From Pseudoalteromonas translucida KMM 520 (lineage in GTDB: Bacteria; Pseudomonadota; Gammaproteobacteria; Enterobacterales; Alteromonadaceae), in NCBI RefSeq assembly GCF_001465295.1, contig NZ_CP011035.1, forward strand, positions 630,001-662,000: a stretch of 32,000 bases of DNA. The letters are read 5' to 3'. Made by a program: the position numbers and the translations under genes. Under the pieces are notes generated by a model. The model was not told the origin of the DNA. It searched no databases and was given only the letters and a program-made list of their open reading frames with translations. Positions within the stretch are counted from its first letter, which is position 1, and every line of letters starts with the position of its first letter. Of this stretch, positions 17,989 through 25,886 are shown one piece after another.

Positions 17989-18243
17989 ATGGGAAGTTTA
18001 AAAATTGGATTATTAATATCGGCAAGTATTATTATACTTATTGGTTATTTCCGCATTATTACAGATGAAAAAGGTAGAATAAATTTAAATAATTATAGGC
18101 TAACGGGGGGAGTATTATTGGTGTGCAAAGGGATATATAAAGGCACGTGCGACCTGATTGCAGGTGAGATATCAAAAAATACGCAATCTGCATGTATTAT
18201 TTATTTAGGCGTAATACTCTTTATTATTGGTTTTAGTTTATAG
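17989..18243 (+). CDS. Possible small membrane protein (84 aa)
   Basis: Two to three hydrophobic segments (IGLLISASIIILIGYF, ACIIYLGVILFIIGF). GTGAG lies 8 nt upstream of ATG 17989. The composition is very AT-rich and I recognise no family, so it may be spurious. Confidence 0.35.
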   Translation: MGSLKIGLLISASIIILIGYFRIITDEKGRINLNNYRLTGGVLLVCKGIYKGTCDLIAGEISKNTQSACIIYLGVILFIIGFSL

Positions 18244-18388
18244 CAAAACTGGTTATTGCTTTAAAAGTTAACAGTGGTTGTTTTTTAAAGGTTAAAAATT
18301 TCAATCGCCATTAGTATATTTCAAGTGCACTTAGTAGCATATAAGTGCTAATTTAACACTAAGTAAATTAATAACAGGGAATATACTA

Positions 18389-19660
18389 ATGAAACTAGAA
18401 TCTTTAGCGCTGCATCATGGTTACGAATCAGAATCAACTACAAAGTCTGCAGCAGTGCCAATTTATAATACTTCATCTTATACGTTTGATAACACCCAGC
18501 ATGGCGCTGATTTATTTGATTTAAAAGTACCTGGTAATATTTACACCCGTATTATGAACCCGACTAACGCAGTATTAGAGCAGCGTATAGCGGCTATGGA
18601 AGGGGGCATAGGCGCACTGGCTGTAGCCTCTGGCATGGCAGCAATTACTTACGCAATTCAATGTTTATGTGAAGTTGGCACCAATATTGTCAGTACTAGC
18701 CAAGTATATGGCGGCACCTACAATTTATTTGCACATTCATTACCACGCCAAGGTATTGAAGCACGCATGATAAAAGCAGATGACTTTGAGGCCTTTGAAA
18801 ACGCAATAGATGATAATACTCGAGCAGTATTTTGTGAATCAATTGGTAACCCTGCAGGTAACATTGTTGATATTGCCCGATTAGCCAAAATAGCACACAG
18901 TAAAGGTGTGCCCCTTATTGTTGATAACACAGTAGCCACGCCGTACTTATGCCGCCCATTCGAGTTGGGGGCAGATATAGTGGTGCATTCTTTAACTAAA
19001 TACATAAACGGGCACGGCACAGCCATCGGCGGAATGATTGTTGACTCAGGTAAGTTTGATTGGAAAGCTAATGCAACGCGCTTTGCCATGATGAACGAGC
19101 CAGATCCGTCTTATCATGATGTTGTTTATACCGAAGCCTTTGCAGAAGCCGCGTTTATTGGTCGCTGTAGAGTGGTTCCGCTTAGAAATACCGGTGCGGC
19201 ACTTGCACCAAAAAATGCATCAGACATTCTAATTGGCCTTGAAACCTTAGGCTTGCGAATGGAACGTCACTGCGAAAATGCACAAAAGGTGGCTGAGTAT
19301 TTACAAAAGCATCCTAAAGTTTCATGGGTTAACTATGCAGGCTTAGCGTCAAGTCCATACAACGCAATGTGTAAAAAAACAACTAATGGTAAAGCATCGG
19401 GTATATTAAGTTTTGGTATTGTAGGTGGCTTGGAAGCAGGGACTCGTTTTATCGACGCACTCAATATGATACTGCGTTTGGTAAACATCGGTGATGCTAA
19501 GTCGCTAGCGTGTCATCCTGCATCAACCACGCATCGTCAGCTTAATGATGAAGAACTCGCTAATGCAGGTGTGAGCCGTGATTTAGTGCGTTTATCGATT
19601 GGTATTGAAAATATCGACGATATTATTGCAGATGTAAGTCAAGCGCTCGATAAAGCGTAA
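18389..19660 (+). CDS. metY: O-acetylhomoserine aminocarboxypropyltransferase/sulfhydrylase (PLP, Cys/Met metabolism family)
   Basis: HHGYESESTTKSAAVPIYNTSSYTF, YTRIMNPT and HSLTKYINGHG (PLP lysine) are typical of MetY/MET17. AGGGAA lies upstream of the ATG. Confidence 0.88.
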   Translation: MKLESLALHHGYESESTTKSAAVPIYNTSSYTFDNTQHGADLFDLKVPGNIYTRIMNPTNAVLEQRIAAMEGGIGALAVASGMAAITYAIQCLCEVGTNIVSTSQVYGGTYNLFAHSLPRQGIEARMIKADDFEAFENAIDDNTRAVFCESIGNPAGNIVDIARLAKIAHSKGVPLIVDNTVATPYLCRPFELGADIVVHSLTKYINGHGTAIGGMIVDSGKFDWKANATRFAMMNEPDPSYHDVVYTEAFAEAAFIGRCRVVPLRNTGAALAPKNASDILIGLETLGLRMERHCENAQKVAEYLQKHPKVSWVNYAGLASSPYNAMCKKTTNGKASGILSFGIVGGLEAGTRFIDALNMILRLVNIGDAKSLACHPASTTHRQLNDEELANAGVSRDLVRLSIGIENIDDIIADVSQALDKA

Positions 19661-19686
19661 GCTATTTATAAGTAATAACATCGTTT

Positions 19687-19720
19687 AAAATGCCTCTATA
19701 TACTGAGGCATTTGTATTTA
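19687..19720 (+). terminator. Rho-independent terminator after metY
   Basis: AAATGCCTC-tatatact-GAGGCATTT followed by T-rich sequence. Confidence 0.65.
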
Positions 19721-19865
19721 TTGACTCAATGAAGAGCATATAATTAAGTATCTAACTTGATAAGTAAACGGTCTAAGCAAGCCAGAGCAGTATAAATAAT
19801 TATCAATAAGGTTAAATTTATCTAGCAAAAGAGCTTAAAAGTGGCTAACCGCAATTATAATTGTT

Positions 19866-19881
19866 ATGTTACGTGTAACAT
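19866..19881. promoter_or_regulatory. GntR operator upstream of gntR (ATGTTA-CGTG-TAACAT)
   Basis: Exact match to the E. coli GntR operator consensus ATGTTA-N4-TAACAT as I recall it. It lies 5 nt downstream of a TATAAT (19856-19861) and 20 nt upstream of the gntR ATG. Confidence 0.7.
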
Positions 19882-19900
19882 AATAAATTAATTACCTGCG

Positions 19901-20911
19901 ATGAAAAAAAATAAACGCTCTTCACTTCAAAATATAGCAGATGCAGTTGGGGTCACTAAAATGACGGTAAGTCGTTATTTACGTAACCCAGAGAAAGTAT
20001 CAGCAACAACTCAAATCAAAATTAAAGCAGCTATAGATTCACTTGGCTATATTGCTAATAAAGCCCCAGATTTATTATCTAATGCCAAAAGTTACTCTAT
20101 TGGTGTGCTTGTCCCATCGCTAACTAATCAAGTGTTTTCGCAAGTTATTCGCGGAATTGAAGATATTACTGAGCCTGCAGGGTATCAAACAATGCTCGCG
20201 CATTATGGCTATAGCCCCGAAATTGAAGAAAAGAGAGTTGAATATTTATTATCATATCATGTTGATGGGCTAATTTTATCGGAAACAACGCATACCGACA
20301 GAACCCGAAAAATGATTGCTATGGCGGGTATTCCTGTGGTTGAAATAATGGATATTCATCACACTCCAATACACCAAGCGGTTGGCTTTGATAATGCTAA
20401 AGCTGCTTTTGAGATGACCAATGCGCTTTTAGATAAAGGCTACCGGAATATTGTTTACCTTGGTGCAAGGTTAGATATGCGCACACAATTGAAGTTTCAA
20501 GGCTATAGTGATGCAATGTTATTAAGGGGTTTTACTCCTAAAAGTGTGATGACAAATGAAGCTTCGTCGTTTAGTTTGGGCGCTAAATTATTGCAAAAAA
20601 CACGGACTGAATACCCAGATACTGACTGTATATTTTGTACTAATGATGATTTGGCTATTGGTGCTATTTTTGAGTGTCAAAGAAATAATATTTCTGTTCC
20701 TCAGCATATGGGGGTTGCAGGCTTTCATGGCCATGATATTGGTCAATCTATGGTGCCTCAGCTAGCCAGTGTGATCACGCCGCGTTATCAGATTGGTAAC
20801 CTTGCGGGGGCTAAATTACTCAGTCGTATTAGTTTAACAGCAGATCTTGAAACACCCGATGAGAAAATATGTGATACCGGTTATGTGATTCATTTAGGCG
20901 AAAGTGTTTGA
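19901..20911 (+). CDS. gntR: LacI-family gluconate utilisation repressor
   Basis: MKKNKRSSLQNIADAVGVTKMTVSRYLRNPEKVS...GVLVPSLTNQVFSQVIRGIE...TMLAHYGYSPE...FCTNDDLAIGA is colinear with E. coli GntR. Confidence 0.9.
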   Translation: MKKNKRSSLQNIADAVGVTKMTVSRYLRNPEKVSATTQIKIKAAIDSLGYIANKAPDLLSNAKSYSIGVLVPSLTNQVFSQVIRGIEDITEPAGYQTMLAHYGYSPEIEEKRVEYLLSYHVDGLILSETTHTDRTRKMIAMAGIPVVEIMDIHHTPIHQAVGFDNAKAAFEMTNALLDKGYRNIVYLGARLDMRTQLKFQGYSDAMLLRGFTPKSVMTNEASSFSLGAKLLQKTRTEYPDTDCIFCTNDDLAIGAIFECQRNNISVPQHMGVAGFHGHDIGQSMVPQLASVITPRYQIGNLAGAKLLSRISLTADLETPDEKICDTGYVIHLGESV

Positions 20912-21025
20912 TTAACTATGTCACTCATAAAGTAACCAAATATTAAACCTAGAGTATTGTGTTGTAAGTGAAATATGGTGCTTGCCTCCATCAAACAGTA
21001 AAAGCTATAACACTCGAAGTAAACA

Positions 21026-21054
21026 CCGATGCTGCTATTTAAGCACAGCATCGG
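21026..21054. terminator. Hairpin between the convergent gntR and permease genes
   Basis: CCGATGCTG (21026-21034) pairs with CAGCATCGG (21046-21054). The U-runs are weak. Confidence 0.45.
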
Positions 21055-21085
21055 ACATATTCAGGGTTTTATGAATAAAAATAAT

Positions 21086-22429
21086 TTATAAAAAGAGGGA
21101 AATAATCATAGCTACAATAGCACCCGTTGTACCAATAATGGTCTCCATCACCGTCCATGTTTTCAGCGTTTGCATTTCAGTAAGGCCAAGGTAGCGATTA
21201 GCTAACCAAAAGCCAGAGTCATTTACATGCGATAAAACGATTGAGCCTCCACCAATGGCGATAGTAACTGCTGCAAGCTGAGCGCCATCTAGTCCAAGCG
21301 GCTCTAACATAGGTATAATTAAACCGCATGCTGTAAGCATAGCAACAGTTGCTGAGCCTTGAATTACGCGTACTGCGGCTGCTAGTATAAAAGCTAACAT
21401 AACAATCGGTAAGCCAGATCCCGCAAGCATATTACCAAGCGCTGCACCTACACCCGAATCAACCAATACTTGTTTAAATACTCCCCCAGCGCCTGTTACC
21501 AAAATGATAACGCCAGCAGGTTGTAAGGCACTACTGCAAATTTCCATAATACGGTCTTGAGGCACACCACGTTTTACACCCAGTAAATAAAATGCCATTA
21601 AGCAAGCTGCAAGAATTGCAGTAAATGGGTGACCGATAAACTCCAGCCAATGATGTAAGTTAGATTGTTGTTCAACAAAACGAGAGCCAATCGTATTTAA
21701 AGCAATCATTAATAATGGCAGTGCAATTAAACCTAGAGCTAAGCCAAAACTAGGCTCGCCCTCACCGTCTCTAGCATTATCATTGTTTTGGGCGTGTTCA
21801 GGTAGTTCAACATGAATTGACTTAGCAATTAGCGATCCCCAAAGAGGACCGCCAATGATCATAGCTGGAATAGCAGCAAGTAAACCAAATAAAATCATAT
21901 AACCATAATCGGCACCAAGTTGAGATGCCACTAAAATAGGGCCTGGCGCAGGGATAAGAAATGCCTGACAAGCAGCGATACCAGCAAGCAGTGCAATCCC
22001 TATTTTAACCACACTACCACCGCCTTTACGTACCACAGCAAATGCAATACCGATTAAAAGTACCACAGCAACATCAAAAAATAGTGGTAAAGCACATATA
22101 AAACCAGTAAAAGTGAGCGCCCAGTTAGCGTTTTTCTCGCCAAAACGATGTAATAAGGTGTGAGCAATACGGTCAAGCGCTCCAGTCTCTTCCATTACTT
22201 TGCCAAACATAGCACCTAATGCAACCACTACAGCAACAAAGCCTAAAGTGCCGCCCATTCCTTTTTGGATAGTTTCTGCGATCATTTGTGGGCTCATTCC
22301 AGAGAATAGCCCGGCTATCATCGAAACTAAAATTAAAGCGACAACCGCGTGTAGCCTTACTTTCATGACTAAAAAAAGTAGCAGTAGAATAGAGCCTACC
22401 GCGGTTAGTATTAAAGATAAATCTGACAT
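21086..22429 (-). CDS. GntP-family gluconate:H+ symporter
   Basis: Polytopic membrane protein with GntP-family blocks (MGGTLGFVAVVVALGAMFGK, FFDVAVVLL, GSATVAM). Start set to ATG 22429 (MSDLSLILTAV...), preceded by AGGGAA, rather than 22450. Confidence 0.9.
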   Translation of the reverse strand: MSDLSLILTAVGSILLLLFLVMKVRLHAVVALILVSMIAGLFSGMSPQMIAETIQKGMGGTLGFVAVVVALGAMFGKVMEETGALDRIAHTLLHRFGEKNANWALTFTGFICALPLFFDVAVVLLIGIAFAVVRKGGGSVVKIGIALLAGIAACQAFLIPAPGPILVASQLGADYGYMILFGLLAAIPAMIIGGPLWGSLIAKSIHVELPEHAQNNDNARDGEGEPSFGLALGLIALPLLMIALNTIGSRFVEQQSNLHHWLEFIGHPFTAILAACLMAFYLLGVKRGVPQDRIMEICSSALQPAGVIILVTGAGGVFKQVLVDSGVGAALGNMLAGSGLPIVMLAFILAAAVRVIQGSATVAMLTACGLIIPMLEPLGLDGAQLAAVTIAIGGGSIVLSHVNDSGFWLANRYLGLTEMQTLKTWTVMETIIGTTGAIVAMIISLFL

Positions 22430-22494
22430 ATGTTCCCTACTTAAATCCAACTCAAATTATGACGGTTAACTTGTGTTTAATTTCATATTATATT

Positions 22495-22524
22495 AAGTTA
22501 CGCGTAACATGTTACCAGTAACTT
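22495..22524. promoter_or_regulatory. Two abutting GntR operators in the permease/gntK divergent region
   Basis: AAGTTA-CGCG-TAACAT (22495-22510) and ATGTTA-CCAG-TAACTT (22509-22524) each have one mismatch to ATGTTA-N4-TAACAT and share 2 nt. A minus-strand TATAAT (22492-22487) lies just beside them, and the matching -35 position falls inside the operators. Confidence 0.7.
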
Positions 22525-22583
22525 AATATAAAAATTCATTCAAAGCTAATGAATTTTTAAAAAAGTAGAGTGAGATTAGCTAA

Positions 22584-23117
22584 ATGAGCCACATAAAGAC
22601 GGGTCGAATATTTATTATTATGGGTGTATCAAGCACCGGAAAGTCGAGTATTGGTTATGCGCTTGCGAAAAAAATGGACGCTAAATTTATTGATGGCGAT
22701 GATTTACATCCCAAAGCAAATATTTTAAAAATGTCATCAGGACAGCCGCTTAATGATGATGATAGGGTGCCGTGGTTAGAAAGAATTCGTGATGCTGCGT
22801 TTAGTATTGAGCAAAAAAATGAAGTAGGGGTTATTGTTTGTTCAGCTCTAAAGAAAAAATACCGAGAGCAAATATGCGAAGGAAATGTGAATATTGTTTT
22901 TTTACATTTACAGGGAAGCTTTGAATTAGTTAAGCAGCGAATGCAAGATAGAAGAGGACACTTTATGCCTACTGAGCTATTAAAAAGTCAATTCGAAACA
23001 TTGGAAATCCCCCAAGCAGATGAGCTAAATGTAATTAGTATCGACATTAATAAGTCATTTGAGCAGGTTGTAAGCGCTTGTTTGCAAGCTACGCAAACCG
23101 ATATAAATATTAGCTAG
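22584..23117 (+). CDS. gntK: Gluconokinase
   Basis: P-loop GVSSTGKS, FIDGDDLHPKANILKMSSGQPLNDDDRVPWL and CSALKKKYR are colinear with E. coli GntK. Confidence 0.9.
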   Translation: MSHIKTGRIFIIMGVSSTGKSSIGYALAKKMDAKFIDGDDLHPKANILKMSSGQPLNDDDRVPWLERIRDAAFSIEQKNEVGVIVCSALKKKYREQICEGNVNIVFLHLQGSFELVKQRMQDRRGHFMPTELLKSQFETLEIPQADELNVISIDINKSFEQVVSACLQATQTDINIS

Positions 23118-23293
23118 CGGGTAACCCATAAGGTATAAATACAAAAATAATGAGTAATAAAGTAGATGCTATTTATTTCAAACGTTCAATAACAGGCTAA
23201 ATTTAACAACAGTTAGTTTTAGTCTATTATTGAAGTTAAATTGATATAATTCAGATGTTTAGCTTGCCTATTAAAACCCCAGCTATTCATTGC

Positions 23294-23470
23294 TTAATCG
23301 GCTCGTGGGGTTGCTAAAATCACCTTTTTTTCATCCTCAGATAAAATAATCCACTCAAAAATTTCATCGTTGGTACGTCCGCAGCCAGTACATAGCCCAC
23401 TGCGTCGTTGGCAAACTCCAATACAATCGGTTTTAAATTTAGACTTGCTCGTTCTTGTTTGAAACCCCAT
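23294..23470 (-). CDS. DUF1289-family small Cys-rich protein (58 aa), absent from the ORF track
   Basis: My hand translation is MGFQTRTSKSKFKTDCIGVCQRRSGLCTGCGRTNDEIFEWIILSEDEKKVILATPRAD*. The CxGxC-x6-CxGCxRT-x2-E-x3-W pattern is the YdhL/DUF1289 signature. AGGA lies 4 nt upstream. The gene starts 17 nt after the lipoprotein gene stop. Confidence 0.7.
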   Translation of the reverse strand: MGFQTRTSKSKFKTDCIGVCQRRSGLCTGCGRTNDEIFEWIILSEDEKKVILATPRAD

Positions 23471-23487
23471 AAAATCCTATAAAAAAA

Positions 23488-24003
23488 TTATTGTTTAGTA
23501 GACACTGACTTGCCAATTTCTAATGAGGTAGACCACGATTTTAAACTAGATAACGTTTTACCGGTGTAGATTGAAATAACAGGGGTATTTTCATCAAGCA
23601 CGAAAGTAGTACGAATCGAGTTTTTTGACTCTTTTTGGCTTTCATGCCAATTATTTTCAAGCAAACATTGGCGAGTAAAAGCCACTGCTTTTTGATGATC
23701 TGTTACAGCAGCTACTTGCTCTTTGTAACTATTTTGACAGCGGTAAATAACATTATCATGATCAAATGCAGTAATTTGGCACTGTTGACCCACTAAATGA
23801 TAGTTAGTACTCCAGCTATCCATAAATTTTGTGGTTACTTTGGTTGTTTTTAGCGATTCAAAACGGGTATCGTATGCACCCAGTAAGGTTTGAATTTTAT
23901 TGCATGGTGTAAGTTTATCTATGGCGGCTGTTTGCTCAGTAACAACGCTAGAACAACCTGAAATTACTAAGCCAGTAAATACGACAGAGGCTAACTTCTT
24001 CAT
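23488..24003 (-). CDS. Lipoprotein of unknown function (171 aa, 4 Cys in the mature part)
   Basis: Signal peptide with lipobox MKKLASVVFTGLVISG/C. AGAGGA lies upstream. I recognise no family. Confidence 0.75.
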   Translation of the reverse strand: MKKLASVVFTGLVISGCSSVVTEQTAAIDKLTPCNKIQTLLGAYDTRFESLKTTKVTTKFMDSWSTNYHLVGQQCQITAFDHDNVIYRCQNSYKEQVAAVTDHQKAVAFTRQCLLENNWHESQKESKNSIRTTFVLDENTPVISIYTGKTLSSLKSWSTSLEIGKSVSTKQ

Positions 24004-24029
24004 TCAATATTATCCTCTTAATTAATGAA

Positions 24030-24077
24030 TTTAGTGCGCTATGTGTTAAAGCACACTAAATAATTTAAGTGTGCTTT
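24030..24077 (-). terminator. Hairpin region downstream of hisIE (two mutually exclusive stems)
   Basis: AAAGCACACT (24048-24057) pairs perfectly with AGTGTGCTTT (24068-24077). The same GCACACTAAA (24051-24060) can also pair with TTTAGTGCGC (24030-24039) with one mismatch. There is no clean U-run on the minus strand. Confidence 0.4.
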
Positions 24078-24106
24078 TCTAAAGTTGTTGGTAGTAAAGC
24101 TACAAC

Positions 24107-24721
24107 TTACTTATGGCGACCTATTAAGCATTTAACTACGTCTTCAAGGGCTAAGCCTTGGCGTTGTAATAACACTGTAAGGTGATAAATTAAATCAGCC
24201 GACTCGTTTGTTAGCTCATCGTTATCGTGTTTCATTGCTGCAAGGGCAACTTCTACGCCTTCTTCGCCTACTTTTTGACAACTTCGGCTTAAATCCTCTG
24301 CAAACAAAGACGCTGTATAGCTTTTAGCTGGGTCGTCGTTTTTACGCGCTACAATAACATCTTCAAGTTGCGCTAAAAAGCTTAGGCTTGGTTTTGCATC
24401 ATCGCCAAAACAGCTTTGCGTACCTAAATGACACGTTGGGCCTTGTGGGTTTGCTAGTACCAAAATAGAATCGTTATCACAATCGGTATGCACTGACACG
24501 ACATTTAAATAGTTTTGCGATGACTCGCCTTTGGTCCATAAACGCTCTTTAGAGCGCGAGTAAAAGGTTACTTTTTCAGTTTTTAATGTCACGTTAAGTG
24601 CTTCGCTGTTCATGAAGCCTTGCATTAAAATAACACCAGAGCGTGCATCTTGAATAATAGCAGGGATCATTTCACTTTTAGTGAAATCAACTTGAGTTTG
24701 GGTGTCGAGTGTTAATATCAT
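24107..24721 (-). CDS. hisI: Bifunctional phosphoribosyl-AMP cyclohydrolase / phosphoribosyl-ATP pyrophosphatase
   Basis: The N-terminal HisI block ([35 protein letters not shown]) and the C-terminal HisE block ([29 protein letters not shown]) are both present. There is an ATGA overlap with the hisF stop. Confidence 0.92.
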   Translation of the reverse strand: MILTLDTQTQVDFTKSEMIPAIIQDARSGVILMQGFMNSEALNVTLKTEKVTFYSRSKERLWTKGESSQNYLNVVSVHTDCDNDSILVLANPQGPTCHLGTQSCFGDDAKPSLSFLAQLEDVIVARKNDDPAKSYTASLFAEDLSRSCQKVGEEGVEVALAAMKHDNDELTNESADLIYHLTVLLQRQGLALEDVVKCLIGRHK

Positions 24722-25491
24722 AATCTTGCTGCCACTTGGTTATTAGTTAAAAATTGCTTTAGTTCACCAATGTTAATCACATTTTTATGAAAAACACTGG
24801 CTGCAAGTGCGCCATCAACTTCACTTTGTTTAAACACATCTACAAAATCTTGCATAGATCCAGCACCGCCTGAGGCGATAAGAGGAATATTACACAGTTC
24901 GCGTATTTTACTTAATTGCTCAATATCATAACCGTTACGTACGCCGTCTTGGTTCATACAGTTTAATACTATTTCGCCAGCACCAAGATCTTGTACACGT
25001 TTAACCCATTCTTGCGTTTTATAGCGGGTACGGCTTGACGCATTAGGATCGCCAGTAAGTTGGTATACTAAGTATTCACCGGTCACTTCATCGTAAAAGC
25101 TATCTATACCGACCACAACGCATTGCTTACCAAACTCATCGTGCAGCTCTTTTATTAGCTCAGGGCGGGCAATAGCAGGGCTGTTAATGCTGATTTTGTC
25201 TGCGCCGCGTTCAAGTACGCGAGCTGCATCGGCAACCGACTTAATACCGCCTGCCACGCAAAAAGGAATATCAATATGGCGGGCAATACTCTCTACCCAA
25301 TTTACATCGAGTAAGCGTTTTTCAACGCTGGCACTAATTTCGTAAAAAACAAGTTCGTCTGCACCGGCCTCGCTGTAAGCTTTTGCCATAGTTAAAATAT
25401 CACCAACTACTTCATGGCCTTTAAACTTTACGCCTTTGACTACTTGGCCGTCTTTAACGTCGAGACATGGAATTATACGTTTTGATAACAT
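24718..25491 (-). CDS. hisF: Imidazole glycerol phosphate synthase cyclase subunit
   Basis: [23 protein letters not shown]...DELVFYEI...FCVAGGIKS...ASGGAG...ALAASVFH is colinear with E. coli HisF from residue 1. Confidence 0.95.
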   Translation of the reverse strand: MLSKRIIPCLDVKDGQVVKGVKFKGHEVVGDILTMAKAYSEAGADELVFYEISASVEKRLLDVNWVESIARHIDIPFCVAGGIKSVADAARVLERGADKISINSPAIARPELIKELHDEFGKQCVVVGIDSFYDEVTGEYLVYQLTGDPNASSRTRYKTQEWVKRVQDLGAGEIVLNCMNQDGVRNGYDIEQLSKIRELCNIPLIASGGAGSMQDFVDVFKQSEVDGALAASVFHKNVINIGELKQFLTNNQVAARL

Positions 25492-25886
25492 GGGAAGGTC
25501 TCGCAGGTAGTGTGTTTATTTTTAAAAATCATAGCTACTATTCTTTTCGTTAATATTTTGCATGAATAACAATAACATCAAAAACATTATTGTCGGCAAA
25601 AGTGATATTAATAATTACCTACAGTATATATATATCTAAGCGTTTTTTATAGGCGAAATATATTATAGTTAATTACTTTTAAAGCTATTTAGAGGCTTGT
25701 ATAAATAATAAAAAATGAGAGTTTACGGATGCTAATTACATGCTGTATTAATGTGTTAAATTATAATAAACGGGTTATAAGCAGCCGCTAACGTTACGCT
25801 TTTTAGAATATACATAGTGAAGATGTAGGAATATTTTAAATTTTCAGTTCAGCTCATTTAGATTATGTATTGTTATAATTAAATGT

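Noticed and set aside
18244-18388. SAM riboswitch or MetJ boxes (AGACGTCT repeats) upstream of metY
   Set aside because: The spacer is only 145 nt and very AT-rich. It lacks the conserved G/C-rich SAM-I helices and any met-box repeat. There is only a short GCACTTA/TAAGTGC hairpin (about 18327-18350).
19721-19744. TTGACT ... TATAAT pair after the metY terminator, considered as an orphan promoter or sRNA start
   Set aside because: The spacer between the hexamers is only 12 nt, outside the functional 16-18 nt range.
22472-22487. CRP-like site TGTGT-N6-TCATA near the permease promoter
   Set aside because: Its match to TGTGA-N6-TCACA is poor. It lies downstream of the inferred -10 on the permease side, which is the wrong position for activation.
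25473-25532. 19-codon ORF ([19 protein letters not shown]) overlapping the hisF start, considered as a genuine upstream coding gene or leader peptide
   Set aside because: It has no SD and no run of regulatory (His) codons, and its 3' part is dictated by the hisF codons. It is better explained as part of a decayed hisA frame (see finding). A role in translational coupling cannot be excluded.
25492-25886. Histidine leader-peptide attenuator upstream of hisF
   Set aside because: I looked for consecutive CAT/CAC codons on the minus strand (ATG/GTG runs on the + strand) and for a terminator hairpin before hisF. Neither is present.
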